Part shown: positions 48,462 to 56,444 of the stretch, piece after piece
Numbering within the stretch: position 1 is the stretch's first letter
How the letters are laid out: every line of letters begins with the position of its first letter
Source: Mangrovimonas futianensis
GTDB lineage: Bacteria; Bacteroidota; Bacteroidia; Flavobacteriales; Flavobacteriaceae
Direction of reading: 5' to 3'
Assembly: GCF_021245805.1 (NCBI RefSeq)
Contig: NZ_JAJJNF010000002.1
Span: forward strand, 80,962-144,961
DNA length: 64,000 bases
Notes under the pieces: generated by a model
The model's database searches: none
The model's input: only the letters and a program-made list of their open reading frames with translations
What the model was told of the DNA's origin: nothing
Translations under genes and position numbers: made by a program

Positions 48462-48815
48462 ATGAAAAAAGTATATTTCCTTAAAACCTGCAATACGTGT
48501 TTAAGAATTATCAAAGATTTGAACCTGCCTTCAGACTTTATATATCAAGACATTAAAACAGAACCTATCACTGTAAAGCAAATTGAGGAGATGGCAGAAC
48601 TTTCTGGAAGCTATGAAGCTCTTTTCAGCAAAAGGGCCAAATTGTACAAAGAGATGGACTTGAAAAATCAAGATTTAACTGAAAAGGATTACAAACATTA
48701 TATTCTTGAACATTACACTTTTTTAAAACGTCCCGTGATCATTATCAATGACCAAATTTTTATTGGCAACACAGCTAAGGTTGTTGAACAAGCGAAGCAG
48801 GCCGTCAATGAATAA
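48462..48815 (+). CDS. ArsC/Spx/YffB-family thioredoxin-fold protein
   Basis: MKKVYFLKTCNTCLRII (C-x-x-C after beta1) ... FLKRPVIIINDQIFIG, which matches the Spx/ArsC core. Confidence 0.7.
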   Translation: MKKVYFLKTCNTCLRIIKDLNLPSDFIYQDIKTEPITVKQIEEMAELSGSYEALFSKRAKLYKEMDLKNQDLTEKDYKHYILEHYTFLKRPVIIINDQIFIGNTAKVVEQAKQAVNE

Positions 48816-49716
48816 AATCAGAATCCTTTCCATTATTGCCGTGTTTATGGTCCAGGTAATTTATGGACTTACTTTCACCTTTGCCAATGATGTCATTGAT
48901 GCAGGTCACGTGAGACCTTTTGGATTTATTCTTTTGAGAGTCCTAGGTGCCACATGCATGTTTTGGTTGTTGAGTCTATTTACACCTCGAGAGAAAATAG
49001 AATCCCAAGATTTTGTTCGGTTTATCGTGGCTGCTTTTTTTGGTCTGGTCTTAAACATGCTCACCTTTTTTAAAGGTCTGGAATACACAACACCCATTCA
49101 CGCCTCTGTGATTATGACAGTTGTTCCTATTGTAGTATTGGTGTTTTCAAGCATCTTCCTAAAAGAGCGCATTACTTTGTTAAAGATGTTGGGAATTCTT
49201 TTGGGTTTTTCGGGAGCCATTATTTTATCAGTTTACGGCAGAAGCACCCAGTCTGGAGATGATATCATGCTAGGTAATTTTCTAGTTTTCATCAATGCCG
49301 TTTCCTATAGCATCTACCTCATCCTGCTAAAAAAACTTGCTACCAAATACCATCCGTTTACTTTTATAAGATGGTTGTTTCTCTTTGGAAGCATTATGGT
49401 TCTACCGTTTGGATATTCAGAGCTTGCTGCTGTAGAATGGCATCTATTCACACCCTATATCTGGTTATCAGTGCTCTTTGTGGTCATTGCAGCGACCTTT
49501 GGCACCTATCTTTTGAATCCTTTAGCGCTTCAGCATTTAAAGGCCTCAACAGTGAGTATCTTCTTATACATACAACCAGTTGTAGCGGGAATATTTGCAG
49601 TGATTATGGGAAGTGACCATGTTAATTCAGTCAAAATTGTGGCGTCAGTTCTTATTTTCTCTGGGGTTTATTTGGTTACCAGACGGCCCAAGCCAAAATT
49701 GACTACTCCAAATTAA
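48808..49716 (+). CDS. EamA/DMT-family transporter
   Basis: 10 TM helices in two EamA repeats. Start ATG overlaps the upstream stop (ATGAATAA). Confidence 0.75.
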   Translation: MNKIRILSIIAVFMVQVIYGLTFTFANDVIDAGHVRPFGFILLRVLGATCMFWLLSLFTPREKIESQDFVRFIVAAFFGLVLNMLTFFKGLEYTTPIHASVIMTVVPIVVLVFSSIFLKERITLLKMLGILLGFSGAIILSVYGRSTQSGDDIMLGNFLVFINAVSYSIYLILLKKLATKYHPFTFIRWLFLFGSIMVLPFGYSELAAVEWHLFTPYIWLSVLFVVIAATFGTYLLNPLALQHLKASTVSIFLYIQPVVAGIFAVIMGSDHVNSVKIVASVLIFSGVYLVTRRPKPKLTTPN

Positions 49717-50188
49717 CCGGTGTCTTACTGTGTTTTCTGGTATCTTCCTTGGTAATGGTATGATAATGGGGAGCCTTGGGAAACTCGTGTGCGATATCCA
49801 ACAACTCCTCAGGTAGGGAGGTTAATTTTCTAGTGCCTAAATCCATCCAGCCACCTAACATTTCACAGTGGGCTAGGTTTTCACCCTTTTGGTTATAGAA
49901 ATTATGGTCAAACTTAAAGAATTTACCATCCTCGCTCAAACCAGATACTTGTAAACTCACCTTTATAGCTTGCCCCATAAAGGTTTCCTTAAAATAGTAC
50001 ATATGCTCATAAAACACGACGGGTCCCAAATTAAACTTAGCCAATTCCTTCATTGTAAATCCTTTTTCTATCAAAAAGGCCATACGGGTATGACTCATAA
50101 AATTGGTATAGGCGCTATTGGCCAAATGGCGGTTAGCATCTACATCACTCCAGCGTATTTCAAATTCTTTTACAAACATCTGTTTCAA
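49703..50188 (-). CDS. Hotdog-fold acyl-CoA thioesterase (4HBT/YbgC-like)
   Basis: FEIRWSDVDANRHLANSAYTNFM (catalytic Asp context of 4HBT thioesterases). Alternative start at 50179. Confidence 0.65.
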   Translation of the reverse strand: MKQMFVKEFEIRWSDVDANRHLANSAYTNFMSHTRMAFLIEKGFTMKELAKFNLGPVVFYEHMYYFKETFMGQAIKVSLQVSGLSEDGKFFKFDHNFYNQKGENLAHCEMLGGWMDLGTRKLTSLPEELLDIAHEFPKAPHYHTITKEDTRKHSKTPVNLE

Positions 50189-50298
50189 ATTTTAAAGCCG
50201 TAAAAATACCAAAAATATATTGTGCATGCATAATATAAATTCGTTGTTTTCTAAACCTTTGGATTTCCTTAACTTTGTACAACTTTAGATGATAGTTT

Positions 50299-51156
50299 AT
50301 GATACATTCCATGACTGGATATGGTAAGACTGTGTTGCAGCTGCCTACAAAAAAAATTTCCATTGAAATTAAATCACTTAACAGCAAGAACCTTGATTTG
50401 AATGCCAGAATGCCTTCTGCATACAGGGAAAAGGAACTGGAACTCAGGAAAATGATTGCCCAAAAGTTAGAAAGAGGGAAAATTGATTTTTCAATCTATG
50501 TGGAACTGACTGGTGAAACTACCAGCACAACGGTAAACCTACCGGTTGTTAAGGAATACATTCATCAACTGAGAGAGGTAGTCAATGGTGACGAAACCGA
50601 ACTTTTAAAAATGGCTGTTCGCTTCCCAGATGCCTTGAATACCGAACGTGACGAAATGGATGAGCAAGAATGGAAAACCATCTTAAAGGGTACCCAAGAT
50701 GCCTTAAAGGCCATTGCTACCTATAGACTGGACGAAGGAAAAGCACTTGAAGCAGACTTTAAACAGCGCATCGCTAATATAGACCAACTTTTAACCGAAG
50801 TAATTGACATGGATCCCGAGAGGATTGAAGGTGTGCGCGAACGCTTAAGAAAAGGTATTGCCGACATCAAAGAGAAGGTTGATGAAAACCGTTTTGAGCA
50901 GGAATTGGTTTATTACATAGAGAAATTTGACATTAACGAAGAGAAAGTGCGCTTAAAAAACCACCTGGATTACTTTGTAAACTCTCTCAATTCTCAAGAC
51001 TCCAATGGTAAAAAACTGGGATTCATTGCTCAGGAAATAGGTAGGGAAATCAATACCATAGGTTCTAAAAGCAACTATGCACCTATGCAAAAATTGGTAG
51101 TGCAAATGAAAGACGAACTTGAAAAGATAAAAGAGCAGTTACTAAACGTATTATGA
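50299..51156 (+). CDS. yicC: YicC-family protein
   Basis: MIHSMTGYGK (compare E. coli MIRSMTAY); C-terminal DUF1732-like helical region. Confidence 0.88.
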   Translation: MIHSMTGYGKTVLQLPTKKISIEIKSLNSKNLDLNARMPSAYREKELELRKMIAQKLERGKIDFSIYVELTGETTSTTVNLPVVKEYIHQLREVVNGDETELLKMAVRFPDALNTERDEMDEQEWKTILKGTQDALKAIATYRLDEGKALEADFKQRIANIDQLLTEVIDMDPERIEGVRERLRKGIADIKEKVDENRFEQELVYYIEKFDINEEKVRLKNHLDYFVNSLNSQDSNGKKLGFIAQEIGREINTIGSKSNYAPMQKLVVQMKDELEKIKEQLLNVL

Positions 51157-51854
51157 GATTGTCTCGCATTCTTTTCATTGGATTTTTCATTTCTCTATTT
51201 ATTATAACTTCCTGCGTCACTGTCGTCAGGAAAGCCATAGGATTTAAAAATCCAAAAGTAGAGAGTAAGGAAAGTGTTATGGCCTATTTAAATGAATCGG
51301 ACCCGACACAACAAACTTACTTCATGAAGATTGATAAGGTAAAAGATAGTATTTCCATCTATAAGAATTTTATATTTGGGTTTAACTCTGACATCCTGCT
51401 TTTCAATCGTCAAACAGGTGAAAAGTATTGCTATCAAGGTAACGAAGAATGTTCTGGAGTTCAATTGACAAGTGCTTTTCAGGAATTTGAAACCAATTAC
51501 AGTCCTTGGCCTTCTGATTCCCAGATTAACTTCAAGAACTTTTTAAGCAAATTGGAAAATGAAAAAGGAGAGCCGGTAGAACTATCATCGCTACCACAAT
51601 CAGATTATTACATTTTTCAAACTTGGAATAAATATAGACAATCACAAAAGTACTTTGAAGAAGATTTGGAATGGCTATTGAATCTTAAAAAAGACTCAAA
51701 TTTGTCTGTCTCCATTTTATTTTTAAACACAGACTTGCTAGATGATTGGGGACTTAAAAAAGGAAAGGAATTTCCAATAAAATTAAAAAAGAAAGGGAAA
51801 TCGTTGAGCATGACAATTGGCAACCTCCCACTAGAATACGAACTATATGAATAA
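51153..51854 (+). CDS. Lipoprotein of unknown function embedded in the yicC-gmk operon
   Basis: Lipobox LFIITSC. Start overlaps the yicC stop by 4 nt (ATGA). Stop overlaps the gmk start by 8 nt. Confidence 0.5.
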   Translation: MRLSRILFIGFFISLFIITSCVTVVRKAIGFKNPKVESKESVMAYLNESDPTQQTYFMKIDKVKDSISIYKNFIFGFNSDILLFNRQTGEKYCYQGNEECSGVQLTSAFQEFETNYSPWPSDSQINFKNFLSKLENEKGEPVELSSLPQSDYYIFQTWNKYRQSQKYFEEDLEWLLNLKKDSNLSVSILFLNTDLLDDWGLKKGKEFPIKLKKKGKSLSMTIGNLPLEYELYE

Positions 51855-52419
51855 AGGAAAACTTATTGTATTCTCTGCCCCATCGGGCTCTGGAAAAACA
51901 ACCATAGTAAGACACTTATTAGGCTTAGACAAACTGAACTTGGAGTTTTCTATTTCGGCTACCTCTAGAGAACCAAGAGGTACAGAAAAGGACGGTAAGG
52001 ACTATTATTTTTTATCTGCTGAAGAATTTAAGAAAAAGATAAAAAATGAAGAGTTTCTGGAGTGGGAAGAAGTCTACCGCGATAATTTTTACGGCACTTT
52101 AAAATCTGAAGTTACGAGGATTTGGTCCCATGGAAAACACGTTATTTTTGACATAGATGTGTCTGGTGGTTTGCGAATCAAACGCAAATATCCCCAAGAA
52201 ACCTTGGCCATATTTGTAAAGCCTCCCAGTATTGACGAGTTAAAAATAAGACTGAAGAAGAGAAAGACAGAAAGCGAAGACAAAATAAACATGCGGGTTG
52301 CCAAAGCCAGTGCTGAATTGGCCACAGCGCCTTTGTTTGATGTCATTATTGAAAATGACAATCTCGATAAAGCGCTACATGAGGCAGAGATGTTGGTAGA
52401 AAACTTCATCAATAACTAA
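51847..52419 (+). CDS. gmk: Guanylate kinase
   Basis: GKLIVFSAPSGSGKTT P-loop; 190 aa. Confidence 0.92.
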   Translation: MNKGKLIVFSAPSGSGKTTIVRHLLGLDKLNLEFSISATSREPRGTEKDGKDYYFLSAEEFKKKIKNEEFLEWEEVYRDNFYGTLKSEVTRIWSHGKHVIFDIDVSGGLRIKRKYPQETLAIFVKPPSIDELKIRLKKRKTESEDKINMRVAKASAELATAPLFDVIIENDNLDKALHEAEMLVENFINN

Positions 52420-52421
52420 GT

Positions 52422-53000
52422 ATGAAAATAGGGTTGTATTTTGGAACCTTTAACCCCATACACGTGGGGCATTTGGTGATTGCCAACCACATGGCCGAGT
52501 TTAGCGATCTAGATCAGGTGTGGTTTGTGGTGACTCCCCACAGCCCTTTTAAGAAAAAAAGTACCCTGCTGGATAACCACCACCGCTTTGAAATGGTTTA
52601 CAGGGCCACACAGGACTATCCCCACCTTAAACCTTCGGATATTGAGTTTCACTTGCCGCAGCCCAATTATACCATCAATACCTTAATCCACTTGGAGGAA
52701 AAATATCCCGATCACCATTTTTGTCTGATCATGGGCGAAGACAATTTAAAAGGGTTCCACAAATGGAAAAACTATGAGGTGATTTTGGAAAACTACCAAG
52801 TTTATGTGTACCCAAGAATCTCTGAGGGATACATAGAAACCCAATTCCACCAACACGACAAGGTGACGTTTATAGAGGCTCCAATCATGGAGATTTCGTC
52901 CACGTTTATCCGGAAGGCCATAAAAGATGGCAAGAACATAAGGCCCCTGTTGCCAGAACATGTTTGGAACTATGTGGATGAAATGAATTTTTATAGGTAG
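52422..53000 (+). CDS. nadD: Nicotinate-nucleotide adenylyltransferase
   Basis: GLYFGTFNPIHVGHLVIA ((H/T)xGH motif); ISSTFIRKAI near the C-terminus. Confidence 0.9.
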   Translation: MKIGLYFGTFNPIHVGHLVIANHMAEFSDLDQVWFVVTPHSPFKKKSTLLDNHHRFEMVYRATQDYPHLKPSDIEFHLPQPNYTINTLIHLEEKYPDHHFCLIMGEDNLKGFHKWKNYEVILENYQVYVYPRISEGYIETQFHQHDKVTFIEAPIMEISSTFIRKAIKDGKNIRPLLPEHVWNYVDEMNFYR

Positions 53001-53020
53001 TATTCAAAAATTTAAACCTT

Positions 53021-53521
53021 TTGGAAGAAACAAATAAGCCAAGACTTTATTTTTTTATAAAAGCTCCTATCTTAATCATTGCCATCATTATATTTATACG
53101 TGATATCAATCAATTATTAGAGTACTATTATTCGATAGATGATCCAGGCGGAATTATTGGGTGTTTAAAAATAATATTTACCACTACCATTTTAAGGTCT
53201 TCTCTAATTTTGCTAATTCCCTTTATTGGAATTTTCTTGGATAATAAAATTGGTTGGTCACTTATTTTATCTACTTACTTTTTCTGGATTATACTATTCA
53301 TTTATGCCATTTTCACTTCTAGTATTGATAGAGAAGGAAGTATTGTAATTATTTCAGGGATATTTATAGTATTACTAGTATGTATTGGATTAATGAATAG
53401 CAGAGAAAATTGTACTCTAGTCTATGGAATTGATAAAAGCGAGAAATTGAAAATGAATTTTCTCTCCTTACTAATCGCTCTAATTGGAATTTCAATAATT
53501 GTCGTTTTAAATTTAAATTAA
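53021..53521 (+). CDS. Hypothetical polytopic membrane protein (TTG start; no ATG in frame)
   Basis: 166-aa ORF with four hydrophobic helices. Very AT-rich. The start codon is uncertain. Confidence 0.35.
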   Translation: MEETNKPRLYFFIKAPILIIAIIIFIRDINQLLEYYYSIDDPGGIIGCLKIIFTTTILRSSLILLIPFIGIFLDNKIGWSLILSTYFFWIILFIYAIFTSSIDREGSIVIISGIFIVLLVCIGLMNSRENCTLVYGIDKSEKLKMNFLSLLIALIGISIIVVLNLN

Positions 53522-53556
53522 CCCCTCAATTTACTCATGTAGTAAAAGCCTAAGCC

Positions 53557-54141
53557 ATGGGAGACATTATAAGATTTATTACCGACTTTATACGGATCGA
53601 TCTCTTTGTTGGGTTTGGGTTTTATTCCATCCTCTACTTCCTTTTGAAAACTTTCATGAAGGATCAAACCTTCCTTCCCAAATTTGATAATAGCGCCGTA
53701 CAATTAATCATTCACCTCGGATTTGTTTGGTTTGCTTTATGGTTACTTGACATTTGGATTTACTATTTGGAATTGCAAAATGTCATTGAAAAAGACGACT
53801 ACTACAACAGGTTGACAGGAAAATATGCTTTCGCCATTTGGGCACAACCCATATTTTGGTTCTTACTTACCCAAGCATATCGAATAAAATTTATCAATAA
53901 ATACTTAATTTTTCGAGTCATTATCAGCCTCTTGTTTGTTGTTACATTCGAGCGTTTCGTAATTCTTGTGACCTCACTGCATCGAGACTATCTTCCGAGT
54001 AGCTGGACGCTGAATAGTCCATTTGAAATGGAAACAGGGTATTTAATTGCCGGTTTATTAGGAAAAATCATAGTCGTTTTGACAATTATCTGTTTGTATC
54101 ACTTTGGAATTGCAAGAATAAAAAAGAGGAATAGGACATAA
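53557..54141 (+). CDS. Hypothetical polytopic membrane protein
   Basis: 194-aa ORF, ATG start, 4-5 TM helices, Trp/Tyr-rich, basic C-terminal tail RIKKRNRT. Confidence 0.45.
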   Translation: MGDIIRFITDFIRIDLFVGFGFYSILYFLLKTFMKDQTFLPKFDNSAVQLIIHLGFVWFALWLLDIWIYYLELQNVIEKDDYYNRLTGKYAFAIWAQPIFWFLLTQAYRIKFINKYLIFRVIISLLFVVTFERFVILVTSLHRDYLPSSWTLNSPFEMETGYLIAGLLGKIIVVLTIICLYHFGIARIKKRNRT

Positions 54142-54253
54142 AATATCTATGACCATACTATTTCATCTAAATCTAAACTTTAAAACTTCTTTAACTAGCA
54201 TTGTCTACTCATTGCTTTAACTTTAGTGAATAACCATTAAACTAATACTAAAA

Positions 54254-54691
54254 ATGAAGAGAAAAGCAAATGCCATTTGGAAAGGCAAAGGAATAGATGG
54301 AAGCGGATATTTGACAGGTCCAAGTCATGTTTTAAACAAAACCCCATACAGCACCAAAGCACGATTTGAGAATGAAGATGGAAAAGCAGGAACCAATCCT
54401 GAAGAATTGATTGCAGCAGCACATGCGGGATGCTTTGCCATGGCCCTAAGTTTTCAAATTCAGGAGGCTGGATTTGTCGCAGACGAACTGGATGTGGATG
54501 CCACCATTACCATGGAACAGCAAGATGAAGGTTATGCCTTTACACAAATTAATTTGGACCTAAAAGGTAAGGTACCCAATATGGACGAAAGTCAGTTTAA
54601 AGAACTAGCTGAAAAAGCCAAAGTAGGATGTCCTGTATCTAAGGCCTTAAAGGCGGTTCCCATTTCCTTGAGTGTTACTTTCAACTCCTAA
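54254..54691 (+). CDS. osmC: OsmC-family peroxiredoxin
   Basis: AAAHAGCFAMAL and KVGCPVSKALK, the two conserved Cys motifs of OsmC; 145 aa. Confidence 0.85.
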   Translation: MKRKANAIWKGKGIDGSGYLTGPSHVLNKTPYSTKARFENEDGKAGTNPEELIAAAHAGCFAMALSFQIQEAGFVADELDVDATITMEQQDEGYAFTQINLDLKGKVPNMDESQFKELAEKAKVGCPVSKALKAVPISLSVTFNS

Positions 54692-54698
54692 AAATATT

Positions 54699-54730
54699 AA
54701 AGCCCAATCAAAATGATTGGGCTTTTTAGT
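54699..54730. terminator. Bidirectional rho-independent terminator (osmC / kbp)
   Basis: 9-bp stem AGCCCAATC/GATTGGGCT, loop AAAAT, T-run 3' and A-run 5'. Confidence 0.7.
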
Positions 54731-54746
54731 TTATTTAAAAAGATCT

Positions 54747-55232
54747 CTAATCTAAAGCTGGGATACGTAACACTTGCCCTGGATAGATTAAATTGGCATC
54801 TTTCAGCATAGGTTTATTGGCCTCAAATATAACAGGGTATTTCATGGCATTCCCATAATATTCTTTAGCTATTTTACTTAGCGTATCTCCTTTTACAACT
54901 GTATAAAATTGAGCTTCTGGCTCTGGATTGGTGACTGTCATTTGATCGTCTACCACAGCAATACCATTGGTATTCCCCACTACAAGCACTACTTTTTCCT
55001 TTGTTTTTTGATCATAGGCCGCACCAGTAATGGTGGCAGTATCCCCAGAAATATCAATTTTTAAACCATCAACCTGAAGTGATAGGTCTTGAATGGTTTC
55101 CTCTAGTTGACTAGCGGCGGCTTCTTCAACCCTTTTTTTGGCTGCAGCAGCATCAGCGGCATCATCAACAGCTGGTTTACTTGTTCCAAATACCTTGGCT
55201 CCTGCCTCTTTTATAAATGAAAATAATCCCAT
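54747..55232 (-). CDS. kbp: BON-LysM potassium-binding protein Kbp/YgaU homologue
   Basis: [16 protein letters not shown] ... [50 protein letters not shown] is nearly collinear with E. coli YgaU (MGLFNFVKDAGEKLW ... [50 protein letters not shown]). Confidence 0.85.
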   Translation of the reverse strand: [161 protein letters not shown]

Positions 55233-55389
55233 AGTTTTAAAATTTAGTGTTAATGTTAGATACTAAATTCCTTAAATTTTAATCCAAATCCAATTAAAAC
55301 CAGCTATTTAAACATTTATTTAACCTTTTATAATACACAAAACCCAGACCTGATGATCTGGGTTTTCAAATAATTATATGTATCAGCAT

Positions 55390-56328
55390 TTAAACCCTTG
55401 AAGAAGTCCTTGGGTTGTCCTTCATTTTAGAGGTTCGTTTTCTTTGTTTAGGCTCTTTGGTCTGTTTGCCTTCTGCCGATTTCATATATTGAATGTACCC
55501 TCTTCCCTTAAATTCGTAAACGGTTCCTGATGCTGGGTGGTACAACTCAATGGTTTGATCATTAAGCACACTCAAATCAAAATATTCATTGGCAAAATAA
55601 TCATAATCCAAGACAAGCTTTTTAAGGTACATGTTGTTGGAAACATCGCCTACTCCATAAACTCCAGTATAGTCCCAATACAAATAATTTGGGTTGGATC
55701 CCACAGGATCCTGAGAGCTTCTAAAAGTGCTATCGTTACCTCCAGCTAAAAACTGAAGAAAATTCTCGTTGTCAAATTCATTAATGGCACCATAGTTACT
55801 GGTATAAGTCTTTTCCCAAGCCTCATACTCCTGCAGAAAATAATGGATGTTATCATAGAAGATAAAATTGTAATCGAAATTGCTTCTTTGATACCCATTT
55901 AAAAAATAGGACGTGTCATTATTAGGGTTATACAATTCAATGGTATTGCTATCTATTTGGTAAACATCATATGTCTGAAAACCATCGATATCGTGATACA
56001 CATCCAGAATCATCTGGTTGGTCTCATAATCCCCTACTGGTATTCCAAAGCCGTTACCCTGGCTTCCAAAGCCAACCAAATTGTTATTGGCAAACAAGAC
56101 ACCATTTCTAAATGATAAAGTAAATGCTATTTGTAAAAAAGGTGTTTCACCATACCCCACAGTTTGATTGATATCTACATACCAAAGCTCATAAGACCTC
56201 AACAACTGCTCTAAGGAAGTATTCTGTGAAGGACCTGGTTGATATTCTACAATAATCTCTTCATGATGGCAAGAAGTTGCAAACAACATCAAGAAGGCTG
56301 CAACAAAAAGTAGTTTTATTTTTTTCAT
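55390..56328 (-). CDS. Lipoprotein of unknown function with an internal duplication and a basic C-terminal tail
   Basis: Lipobox LFATSC. Repeated module ...NTIELYNPNNDTSYFLNGYQR / ...QTIELYHPASGTVYEFKGRGY. Tail KQTKEPKQRKRTSKMKDNPRTSSRV. Confidence 0.5.
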   Translation of the reverse strand: MKKIKLLFVAAFLMLFATSCHHEEIIVEYQPGPSQNTSLEQLLRSYELWYVDINQTVGYGETPFLQIAFTLSFRNGVLFANNNLVGFGSQGNGFGIPVGDYETNQMILDVYHDIDGFQTYDVYQIDSNTIELYNPNNDTSYFLNGYQRSNFDYNFIFYDNIHYFLQEYEAWEKTYTSNYGAINEFDNENFLQFLAGGNDSTFRSSQDPVGSNPNYLYWDYTGVYGVGDVSNNMYLKKLVLDYDYFANEYFDLSVLNDQTIELYHPASGTVYEFKGRGYIQYMKSAEGKQTKEPKQRKRTSKMKDNPRTSSRV

Positions 56329-56444
56329 AATCCTTCGCTTTTAAAAGTTCTACTCTTAAAAGAAACCAAATTACGTGCCAAAAAACCTTGCCGGAGATTC
56401 TAGAAGGCTATTTCAAGGTTGGTTTGATCTAAACCATGAACCCA

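Noticed and set aside
52089-52412. 107-aa antisense ORF inside gmk
   Set aside because: gmk is unambiguous; this is a shadow ORF.
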